Made by a program: the position numbers and the translations under genes. From positions 25,172,001 through 25,236,000 of the forward strand of contig CM119374.1 of the NCBI GenBank assembly GCA_051294905.1: a stretch of DNA of 64,000 nt, read 5' to 3'. Positions 1-10,600 of the stretch are shown piece by piece. The stretch is from Botryllus schlosseri (taxonomy: Eukaryota). The notes beneath the pieces were generated by a model that worked only from the letters and a program-made list of their open reading frames with translations, was not told the DNA's origin and ran no database searches. Numbering within the stretch: the first letter of the stretch is position 1; each line of letters opens with the position of its first letter.

Positions 1-27
1 TGCTAATAAACCAATGATGATGATGAA
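1..27 (+). mobile_element. 3' tail of an L2/CR1-group LINE (rest lies outside the window)
   Basis: TGCTAATAAACCAATGATGATGATGAA matches the reverse complement of the LINE tail starting at 10435. Confidence 0.7.
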
Positions 28-403
28 GAAACAGAAACACATTTCTGTTTAGATTAATCTTCTACTACTACTTCGATAACGTAATGTGAGATCGTTTAGT
101 TTGCGGTCATTCTATTTGTGGTCTAACAATGGAGGATCAGTGTAACGCAGAATCAGCGAATGACTGGGAGCTTTCACAAGTGACACTGGCGTATCTCGAA
201 CAATCCGAACATACACAGGATACAGTGATTCATTCGACACCGTGTACTTGATGACTTGAAATTGACTCGTAAATTTTGCTCCAAGTCACGAGTCAATGCA
301 CTATTTTGAAGCTCCGAGTCAAGTCAAGTCAAGTCATTTTTCCAAAGTGACTCGAGTCAAGTCAAGTCATACGAAAAAGTTGACTCGAGTCATCCCAACA
401 CTG
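28..403. mobile_element. Right-hand part of a hAT-type MITE, same family as 11852-12763
   Basis: Colinear with about 12370-12763, has GACTCGAGTC/AGTCA arrays and ends in the same terminus GAGTCATCCCAACACTG at 403. Confidence 0.8.
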
Positions 404-1509
404 CCAATCGCTGGACCTGAATACCACAATGAATGATGGAGTATCGGCCCTGGTCCAGTAGTGACAGAGCTAATTACCGTCTAAGCATCCAAAATCTTCT
501 CTGTGATCTCAATCGAGGCCTGATCGCGTAAGCTGCTGCCATAATTCGCGCATTTCTGCCGCTGCGGTTCAAACAACGGTTTGGTCTACACTCTACAGGC
601 AAGAACGGAGGAACTCTTTCTCAGGTTTCCGATACGCCGCAGCAACAACAGATATACTGCGTTTCCATGCACGGCCGATGGGCCCATTTTCGAGAGATTC
701 GACCGACGAACGAGAGAATTTTGTTGCGCATTCACAGATTGCACACCCACGTCGGCCGACTCGTCGGCCATCGAGTGAATCATTCGGCTTAGCCCTTCGG
801 CCATGCTTGCGCTGTGTCTTGGATTAGCGAATTGGTATACGCTACTTACAACACACTTTTCGTATCAACCTGACTATGGCTGCACTCCGGGCGGATCTTG
901 GACGCCTTGAAAAACCCGGATTTAATTATGATTGCAATGGAATTTAGTAGTACCGGTACTGCTACGAATTACCCGTAGGCTACCGAGATCTTCGCGATCT
1001 GATCACATACGCTGCTGCCACAATTCGAGGGTTTGTGTTCTGGTGCATGGGTACAATACAAACTATACCGTTTGACCACAAACTAGGTGAACTTATTCAC
1101 ATTCCCTTGTAAGCAAATCATCAACAGGACACTGGAAGTTCATGTCTGAATCATGACGACGAAACAGTAGTACCGGTAGACTACTGGACAAGTTACTATT
1201 CTGCGCTCGAAATTATTGGACCACGATATCTATATCCCCCACATACTAAGATATGCCACCAATTTTCATCTTTTTTCCATTTTATTTTATCTTCAGTTAG
1301 TTTTAAGCAATTGGTTCATCATGACCATTTTACATTTTGGATGGATTTAGGCCTACGTGTTCGATGTTAAAGCGTGTTGTTTGACTGAAAGACCGCTACA
1401 AGTCATCTCGGCTCATTCCTACCTAGTCATTTATCGCAATCTTGTGATTATTATGAAATTATTACATAAAGTAAGCCAAAAACGTCATTGCGATCGCTTC
1501 GCCCACCTA

Positions 1510-1885
1510 GTTCGGCCAAGTCACGGTCGGATTACGCCTGGTCATCGAGAGACGGCCGACATGTACAACGCATGCGTCATGGCCTTTCGGCCGACCGTCG
1601 GCCGAGCATGGAAACGAAGTAATAGACATGGCAAAGTGACATAAATTTGGTAAATATTTGTAACAACAACAAGAGACGAAATAACATCCTTCTTTGAATC
1701 ATGGTAGCGCAGTAGGTAGGCGTACATATAACAAGCAAGAGTCATGAAAGCTTCACACCAATCACGTGCCTTGTTCGGCCAAGTCACGGTTGACTTACGC
1801 CTTGTCACGGTTGACTTACGCCTTGTCACGGAAACACGGCCGACATGTACAACGCATGCGCCATGGCCTTTCGGCCGACCGGGGT
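1510..1885. repeat. Two imperfect direct repeats of about 90-110 bp, rich in CGGCCG
   Basis: GTTCGGCCAAGTCACGGT...CGGCCGACATGTACAACGCATGCG.CATGGCCTTTCGGCCGACCG at about 1510 and 1773; the second copy has an internal 21-bp duplication. Confidence 0.75.
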
Positions 1886-1900
1886 GTCTTTGATTTGTAC

Positions 1901-2120
1901 ATGTCGCCAATGTCGCCAATGTCACCAATGTCACCAATGTCGAAGTCTATCTATTTTGTCAATGTCGCCAATGTCACCAATGTCGGCAATGTCGGCAATG
2001 TCGCCAATGTCGGCAATGTCGCCAATGTCACCAATGTCGCCAATGTCACCAATGCCGCCAATGCCGACATTGCCGACAATGCCGCCATTGCCGACAATGC
2101 CGACATTGCCGACGATGCCG
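1901..2120. repeat. 9-bp minisatellite (AATGTCGCC/AATGTCACC/AATGTCGGC) that switches to its reverse complement
   Basis: Read directly; units become TGCCGACAT/TGCCGACAA from about 2062. Confidence 0.9.
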
Positions 2121-2661
2121 CTCGGGGGCCGAAACTAGGATACTGTAATGACTCGACTCGACTTGAATCAATCTTGGTATTGACTTGACCTGCACTCGGC
2201 TACTCAAGTACTTCGACTATCTCGCTACATACTACGCGATTCTTGACGGGAAGACCTGAAGATTGCATGGCCACAAACGCAAATTATTTCTAACTAATCA
2301 TATTACGTTTCGCTGCAACTTTCGCCTCGTGTTTTGAAAACACTGTTATGTTGAAGCCTACTATCCAATCTCATTTTCTTGGTGGTTTTGTTGTGATATG
2401 TGAAAGCGCGAAACGCGTTTACACAGAGTGTTGAATGTAAGGCATATTCGTAACGACGTGTAGGCCTGAAAGAACTTCATTTACCCGCAAATATTTCATT
2501 GTTGTGGTTGAGTGTGATTTGATTTTCGCAATAATTGTTAAAGGATTAGACGATTTGTCTTCTTAGTATGCGGTGAACAGGTCGTGGTGTTTAAGGAATA
2601 CACAGGTCGTGGTGTTTAAGGAATATAGGTTGGAATTATGAGACAAACTCACAGTGAAATA

Positions 2662-4270
2662 CAAGACTTTTAAATAGGCGGTTGAAAGTTGAGTATATTC
2701 ATAGACTCGTGTCGGCATCAAATAAGTGTCTATACCCGCGCAGGCTTTCGCCTCGAATTGTGAGTAAACCTGGACTCAGTAGACTCTGAAATTCATTTTA
2801 TGTTGAAGAACTATCCAATACTGATTCCGTGATGGCTTAATTGTGGTATTTGTAGTCGCGCAAGACTTTTAAATGCGAGGTTAAAAGTTAGGTATATTCC
2901 TATAGGCGCGTCTCGACATCAAATAAGTGTCTATACGCGCATACTTTCGCCTCGAATTGTAAGTAAACCAGGACTCAGTAGACTCTGAAATTCATTTTAT
3001 GTTGAAGAACTATCCAATACTGATTCCGTGATGGCTTAATTGTTGTATTTGAAGTCGCGCAAGACTTTTAAATATGAGGTTAAAAGTTGAGTATATTCAT
3101 ACAGACGCGTGTCGGCATCAAATAAGTGTCTATACCCGCGCAGGCTTTCGCCTCGAATTGTGAGTAAATCTGGACTCAATAGACTCTGAAATTCATTTTA
3201 TTTCGAAGAACTATCCAATGCCGACTCTGTGATGGCTTATTCGTTGTATTTGAAGTCGCGCAAGACTTTTAAATATGAGGTTAAAAGTTAGGTATATTCC
3301 TATAGGCGCGTCTCGACATCAAATAAGTGTCTATACGCGCATACTTTCGCCTCGAATTGTAAGTAAACCAGGACTCAGTAGACTCTGAAATTCATTTTAT
3401 GTTGAAGAACTATCCAATACTGATTCCGTGATGGCTTAATTGTTGTATTTGAAGTCGCGCAAGACTTTTAAATATGAGGTTAAAAGTTGAGTATATTCAT
3501 ACAGACGCGTGTCGGCATCAAATAAGTGTCTATAACCGCGCAGGCTTTCGCCTCGAATTGTGAGTAAATCTGGACTCAGTAGACTCTGAAATTCATTTTA
3601 TTTCGAAGAACTATCCAATGCCGACTCTGTGATGGCTTAATCGTTGTATTTGAAGTCGCGCAAGACTTTTGAATAGGCGGTTAAAAGTTGAGTATATTCA
3701 TATAGACGCGTGTCGGCATCAAATAAGTGTCAATACCCGCGCAGGCTTTCGCCTCTAATTGTGAGTAAACCTGGACTCAGTAGACTCTGAAATTCATTTT
3801 ATTTTGAATAACTATCAATGCCGACTCTGTGATGGCCTAATTGTTGTATTTGAAGTCGCGCAAGACTTTTAAATATGCGGTTGAAAGTTGAGTATATTCC
3901 TATAGACGCGTGTCGGCATCAAATAAGTGTCTATACCCGCGCAGGCTTTCGCCTCGAATTGTGAGTAAACCTGGACTCAGTAGACTCTGAAATTCATTTT
4001 ATTTCGAAGAACTATCCAATTCCGATTCCGTGCCGAGATGGTTTAATTGTTATAATTGAAGTCGCCCAAGATCTTAAATTAGAATGTTGCAAGTATGGTA
4101 TATTCCTATGGACGCCTATATAATCATCAAATGAGGGTTACCGGGCAAGCTTTCGCCTAAATTGTGAGTAAACCTGGACTCAGTAAGCTCTGAAAATATT
4201 TGATGGTGAAGAATCATGCGATCCCGTGATCTTGATAGATTTGTTGTGATATCTGCAAGCGCGCAACACT
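2662..4270. repeat. Tandem array of about 8 units of ~200 bp, with a 400-bp dimer duplication
   Basis: CAAGACTTTT recurs at 2662, 2861, 3060, 3261, 3460, 3661, 3861 (variant at 4067); CTTTCGCCT recurs at 2745, 2944, 3145, 3344, 3545, 3746, 3946, 4150. A degenerate unit lies at about 2315-2460. Confidence 0.95.
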
Positions 4271-4418
4271 GAATTAGAATCAATCAATCAGTCATTTATA
4301 TTATTATATTCATCGAATATATTGTTTGAACGTATATTACTCGATATATTTGTGAAAATAATGTGCCAAATAACGATATTGTATCAATTTTGGTCTTTAA
4401 TTTCAGATATTCAGAGCG

Positions 4419-4807
4419 GGGGAGATAGCGTAGTGGTGACGATAAGCGCCTACCAAGCAGGCGGAACGGGTTTGATTCCCGTCGGAGATTCATTTGGGCT
4501 CCTCTTCCCCCGCTGTCGCCGTTCTTACAGCGACAAAAAAAGCCCAGAAAATAGACCCAAAAAAGAAAGCACTCACAAGGAATGGAAAGAACTATTAGAA
4601 AGGGCCGTGGCTTCAAAAAGATCAACATCGAAAAAGAAAAAGAACTGTGACATCGGGCACTCTAGGCCGAGGTGGATGTTTGAGTAAGCGATCGCTACTG
4701 ATGCCTCGTGTCGTTCGACATCCTCCTATCTGATCGTTACATTGCATTGTGTCTTATCGCCTTGTACATTGTGTGTAGCTTGTCCAGATGAAAATTATAA
4801 CCCAATG
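4419..4807 (+). mobile_element. tRNA-Gly-derived SINE with a LINE-like 3' end
   Basis: A box TAGCGTAGTGG (4426), B box GGTTTGATTCC (4469), T stem ACGGG/CCCGT, similarity to tRNA-Gly(TCC) with ACC at the anticodon; 4660-4807 resembles the 3' UTR of the LINE at 10435-11045. Confidence 0.7.
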
Positions 4808-5097
4808 TATTGTATAGACTCATTCCAAAATCCCACCCTCGAAGTCGAAATTCCGTGTCACTTGACTGTTGACACGCATAGGGTTAATCTCCACAATTCG
4901 TTCTCAACAATGTTTCACGTGAACGTTCGCGGTGTTTCACGTGTCTGCAAAGATTCCGCTGAGATTCCGCCAGGATGACTGCAGTGTGAAAGGGTATGGT
5001 AGTTGAATATGGTCAACAGTCATTCACGTAACAGAATGACGATCAGAATTAGGTAAAAGTGGCTTTCACTACCAAGACCTGACCTTGGCCACCTTGG

Positions 5098-5316
5098 GAT
5101 CTCGCCTTCCGTGGCATGCCACCTCATTTTGTTGCTTTTTGCTATCTTCTTTTATACTTTTCATTCAATGCGCATGCCTCCTCTTTACATCACCTAAAGA
5201 AGGAAGGTGGGTGTCTGATTTCAAAGACTACTCCAAGTGGTTTCGACACCTTCCGATCTTTTCATTGTATCGCAATTTTTGTGGTGTATTGAACTGATAA
5301 AAATTGCTAACAAACC
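5098..5316 (+). mobile_element. LINE 3' UTR fragment (same family as 10435-11045)
   Basis: GATCTCGCCTTCC...CATGCCTCCTCTTTAC...GGTGGGTGTC...TTCATTGTATCGCA...GTGGTGTATTGAACTGATAAAAATTGCTAA aligns to the reverse complement of 10450-10675. Confidence 0.8.
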
Positions 5317-5495
5317 GAACCGATGTTGGAACTAGCACCGAGCCTGAATCTGCTGAATGTGATGTATTGAAATTATGAAATTAGTGAATAATCCTGCCTG
5401 AGATATATTCCCCAAGAAGAGCAAAACCAAAGTATAGTGTGATATTATTGAAGTACAGTGGCATTTTTAAATATAGCTGTTGAGATAGCGGGAGC

Positions 5496-5625
5496 CCTGA
5501 TTGGAATCGCTGGCCTTTTTTGCCTGATATATCAGGTGAGCACGAGCAGCGATGATTTTCCAAGTTGAAGTAATTTAATAAAAAATAAAACATAGTGTGA
5601 GCACAGGACACCGATTCCATACAGG
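5496..5625. repeat. Unclassified dispersed repeat, second copy at 59900-60018
   Basis: CCTGATTGGA.TCGCTGGCCTTTTT(T)GCCTGATATATCAGGTGAGCA...ATAGTGTGAGCACA.GACACCGATTCCATACAGG occurs at both loci. Confidence 0.8.
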
Positions 5626-5965
5626 GCGAGAGCTGCATTTTCGAAGGAAAATTGCGACTTGAATGGAGTCAGGACTCAATAAGTCATTACAACCCTTGAT
5701 ATTAGCCTAGTAGATAGTTGAGTTAGATATAGTAGCAAGTGACTACTGGACCCAAGAACTTACTGTAGCTGTTCTGTTGCCCGTACATTTTTTGCCAACT
5801 AATCCTAATGATTCAGTGGAGTTGGCAGGAACTACGTCACAATCAATTAACTTCTATAGTGAATATAACATGTCGGAGAATCACTATACCATTGGTGTGT
5901 TTCATCTTATTTTAGAGTCATTGTTATTTTAGTGTATACGGTAGCACCAGTACCTACGCAAAAAA

Positions 5966-6625
5966 ATGTTTGCGATTCGAAGAATCATCCACGGCAGGAC
6001 AATGCTAGCACAAATTCAGTCCGTGGATCTACACACCACGTCTGTTGCGTTTGGAGTAAGAAATCCTGCTCAAAACAAAATCATTCAGGCGCACTCTGAA
6101 TACTACGAAGACTACTGGTCACAAGATTTAGGGTCATGGTCAGATAACAACAATATGCTTTACAAGCCTTCGAAACCAGGAGAGCCGCACAGGCCAGCCG
6201 AAATCTACCACGGACGAGCCTTTATACGTTATTCCCCGAAGAAAATGTGGTATATGACAAAGCTGGTGCGAAACATGAACGTAGACGACGCTATAAACTA
6301 CATGAACTTTGTCCATATGAAAGGTGCCAATATTATCCGGGAGGTATTAATAGAAGCGCAAGAAATAGCGACTAAAGACCACAACGTTGAGTACAAATCG
6401 AACTTACACGTCGTACAAAGCTTCGTGCTGCCTGCGGGTTGTCGGAAGATATTGAAATGGCACGGCCGCGGCAGAGTGAATGTGAACAGATCGAGGTTCT
6501 GTAACTATTATCTCATGATACGGGAGGGTCAAGCGCCGGAATGGCAGCCCAAGAACACTGCTTACAGCGCCGCGCTTTCTTATATTGAGAAATTGAAGAT
6601 GAGAACTATACACGATGGCTTATGA
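5966..6625 (+). CDS. MRPL22: Mitochondrial ribosomal protein L22 (uL22m), 219 aa, single coding exon
   Basis: RPAEIYHGR..IRYSPKKMWY..KLVR.M.VD.A, KGANIIREVLIEAQE.A.KDHNVEYKSNL and HGRGR match human MRPL22; the N-terminus resembles a mitochondrial presequence. Confidence 0.95.
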   Translation: MFAIRRIIHGRTMLAQIQSVDLHTTSVAFGVRNPAQNKIIQAHSEYYEDYWSQDLGSWSDNNNMLYKPSKPGEPHRPAEIYHGRAFIRYSPKKMWYMTKLVRNMNVDDAINYMNFVHMKGANIIREVLIEAQEIATKDHNVEYKSNLHVVQSFVLPAGCRKILKWHGRGRVNVNRSRFCNYYLMIREGQAPEWQPKNTAYSAALSYIEKLKMRTIHDGL

Positions 6626-7604
6626 TGAAATTTTTCTGGTTTGAGTTGCCGATGGATATCCCATTCGATTGATATCAAAAAGTCATGACTGTTAAAACTT
6701 GATGGCATTACACCAGTTAACTTCGAATTTCAAAATCTAAGTGTATCGTAAATTGTCAGCATCTGCTGTTCTACTTTTGCATCATACACTGTGATACTTA
6801 ACAGCCAGAGCTTTGGCGGTCTGTAATGAAGAATTCCCAGTTGCAATGTTTTCAGCTGTCTTTTTCTGACAAAACTACATCCTTCGAGTTTTGATTTTGA
6901 AAATTAGATGGGGATTTGAGTATAGTTCGCATTTTATGAGTGACGTTATCATTAGAACCATGTGAAAAAACCCATGTATCACAGTACCAAACTAAATATA
7001 TTTTTATGGTTCCACATATTTGTACTGTCGCTAGTCATTTCGTGTCAGTTGTGAAGATGGATCTTGCAATGGCGAAAGCGGCCTCCTCCGATTAACTGAG
7101 CTATAAGTATTACTCAAGTAATTCTAGGACCGGGCATTTTCTACTTTGACATGAAGTAGTTTTGACAAGCCTTGGAAATTACTTCTTTACTTGTAATCGA
7201 GTAGAAATTCATGGTATCACTCCCACTTTTACTTGAGTATTAACGCTCACTACTTTGACCACCTGTGATTAAATTATGTGGATTATAAGCGTGTCTGGAT
7301 ATGCGTTGCAACCAAGTTAATTCCGGCTTTTGTTTCACTCGAAATTTTCCCTAAAATTCTGTCACCCTAGGGCGCCATTTCCTCTCTCATGCATGACAGG
7401 ATTGTAGTGCTACTGTAACTGTTTGTTATCGCAAAATCACTAGATCATTATTATTGTCTCACTGGAAATATGCATACCGACCAGTGTGCAAATCAGACCA
7501 GAACACTGATGATAGATTGTTCGATAGTTCTGTACTTCAAAGACAGTACATACAAAGGGATGCATGTAATGCCAACATAAGTATTCATTTGAGAGCTTGC
7601 TTCA

Positions 7605-10600
7605 TCACAAAGGAATCCATTTGTTAGTGGAGTTATATATAAAACTTTGCTTTCCAACTCTTTCCGGTCGGTAAGTGGCTGGCCCTGGATTGTCCTTCCC
7701 GGGATATCTTCCGAACGACCACCGTGACGTATTTGATACAAACACACTTGACGACATGTAATGCTTTGGCGGTCCTTCGTAATCAACAACTTCGTATGTG
7801 CCTGGTCCTGGGATATCCACGGGCGGCGGGAGAGGCATCGCTGGTGCACTTATGCACAAATAGTGCTTCCTCCTGTAAATGTTCGAAGAGTGGTTGTTGG
7901 CTTGAGGTCTGTGCCTTATCCTCCAAGCAAAGTGGACATATTCTACCAATAAAAAATGATTCAATTTCCGTTCAGTTCACGCTGCATTCAAGATCTGTAG
8001 TTTTAGAACTTTCCTCAGGCACACATGCAAACCAAGCAATAGGCGTCTTTAACCAGTTCAAATTAGCACAAAGTTGTATGTTGTTGCTGGATGTCGGGTA
8101 ATGAATTACTCCCAATACTGGTGTCATGGCGTGGTCTGCTGCATAATATAGCCCACAAGTTCAAATACAAATGGTAATCATGGATTTATTGAAAATATGT
8201 TTGGAGCAGTCACATACAGACTAACAGGGAGGACCAGCATTTAAATACTTCATTCAATTACTAACTGGGATAACGTAGGGGCTTGAGTGATTTAGCTTCA
8301 CAAAATGGCTCCTTTATTGTTCCTATTATAGCGCAACTTTGTGTTGTTTAACATTGATTGTAATAATAGTGAAACTGCTGAACTGAAACACCCAATCGAT
8401 ACATACGGTAGCACGACTTTGTCCGGCATTGTAACGTCCTCAAACGGCTTGTATGCTCCTGGCCCGGGTACTTTGGATGTTACGTCCATTGTATTTCTTT
8501 TAGACGTTGATTTGAAACATGATATCGGGGCCTTTGATCCTGGCCTTGTTAATTTATCCTGGATGTTGTAATGACCTGAAAGGACAGCTCACTTTAAAAC
8601 AGTGGTTCCCAAACGGTGGGGAATTCCCAGAGGTGGTCAAAGTAGTCAAGAAAGCTACTCAAGTAGAAGTAGAAGTAGCGATGGAAAGATCTACTCAAGT
8701 ACGAGTAGAAGTACTTCTTCCATAAGCAACCTAAAACTACTTGAAGTAGAATTTACTGACTTCAAAAGTACTCAAGTAAGTAAGTAGTTGTGAAATCGAT
8801 CCTAATTCGTTCACATGGATTGTAAAAAGGTGCAAATTGAGCTATGCGAAAGGTGACGAGCTTGATTCATATTGATGCATACCAGCAGGTATCCAATTTT
8901 CGATAGCATAAGCATTCGTCCACATCATAGGATGAAAATGATAGTATTATTATGGAAATGCGATACTTATCCTCTGTTTTCTCGAACAGCACATTTTAGA
9001 AAATAGCATGGTATGGCGCCATCCCCCATAGTATAAGGTCCGTAGTTTAGTCGAAGAGCAATACGAAGAAGTTGTATAGGATACGGTGTAAACACTTCGC
9101 GCGATTAGTAAACGTTAATAAAAATATCGGGGACCGTAAAAATGCCATATTGTGTAGCTTTACTTCCGGAAATTAAAGGCATTACTACACTTGCTTTTAT
9201 TTATTTTTTAATAATAACTCAAAGTATATGATACTGGGAATTGAAGATAAAACAAAAATACTACTTCTAAAAGCGAAACATGTTTTTCATGCCTTCAGTC
9301 CAGAAAGTTTCAAAGGCGGTTTGCTAAAACAGCACCAAAACTAACAAAAAAATTCAGAGTCCAATTTTCCAGGTTAGGACGTGCCATGGACAATGGACAT
9401 GCTAGATTACGAGATGACAAGCAAATGATAGATTGCTAAACATCAGTTTCAGACGATATGATGAGCCATATATACTGTGATGAATTATTTCATATGCGCG
9501 AAGGGCATATGAAATGCGAAGGACTATGTGGTGTGAACGCAGGGATATCTAGTTCTAGAAATCCCTGTGTGAACGGAATCACGCCAACCCGCTACCTAAA
9601 TTATATTCATCGATACTTTCGTGAAATCATACTGGTAACCCTATATCCACTGCGCGCGAAGCGCGACGAAAATTCTGGGCTTTTACTCAACTTTTATGAA
9701 AATTAAATGTTGATGCTCCGTGAAAACAGCCCCAAATTCCTCAGTCGATCTTCCTGATTGGAATATTGAACTACTTCTACTTGACAAACTGAAAATAGCG
9801 AAAAGTAAGTAAGTAGATCACAAAATATTACGAAGTAGCGAAAATCAGGTCTACTTGAGTAAGTACCAAAAGTAGAAAACTACTTAAGTACTTCGAAAAA
9901 GTAGAAGTACTTCGTTACTGACCACCTCTGGGAATTCCCCACTGGTGGGGAATTCAATGGTTTCTGGTGGGGAGTAGACGCATTTGTTCAAAATTATATA
10001 CATAGGACAGTCTACATATTCACGGAGGCACATGCGCAACTACCGTTTCCAGTTAACTGCTCTGGAATGTAGGCCAATGTACCGAAAATTATATTGCGTG
10101 TTGTTCACAAAACTTCATTTCTATCTCCGGATGGCCAATCATGGCATCACAAACGCATCCAGCACGGCTAGTCTGACATGATATAACGCTTTCGCGAAAT
10201 TTTGACCGTTGCTGGTATCGGTTCACAATGTGTTTTATGTTGGAGTTATAGTCGATTGTCTTGCGTACTGGTGTGGTTGCGTGTCTTGTGTAGTCAAATC
10301 AGCAAATAGCTGCTCTGTGATGACAAAAGTATTGGGTAGTGGGGGACAGGACCGTAACTACTGCACCCCGAACTCTCCAATTAGGCGGTCGAGCTCGAAG
10401 GGGCCCCAAATTATTTCATGAATTAACATAAATTCATCATCATCATCATCATTGGTTTATTAGCAATTTTATCAGTTCAATACACCACAAAAAATGCGAT
10501 ACAATGAATAGACAGGAAGATGTCGAAGCGACTTGGATTTGTCAATGGAATCGGACACCCACCTTGGCCTAGGCGTAGTAAAGAGGAGGCATGCACACTG

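Noticed and set aside
1766-2188. Antifreeze-like (NVA/NVT)n and (SPM)n ORFs
   Set aside because: Stop-free 9-bp units open several frames automatically; no signal peptide or splice context.
2662-4270. CRISPR array or small-RNA gene cluster
   Set aside because: Units are similar along their whole length with no unique spacers; no cas genes, Pol III boxes or Sm site were recognised; the context is eukaryotic.
4419-4490. Functional tRNA-Gly(ACC)
   Set aside because: The acceptor and anticodon stems do not pair, the T loop is mutated, and it continues into a SINE body.
4322-4687. 121-aa ORF
   Set aside because: It runs through the tRNA-derived SINE head and body.
8519-8787. ORFs with VEVEV or SRSRS repeats
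   Set aside because: They are translations of the AGTAGA subterminal array of the 8628-9930 element.
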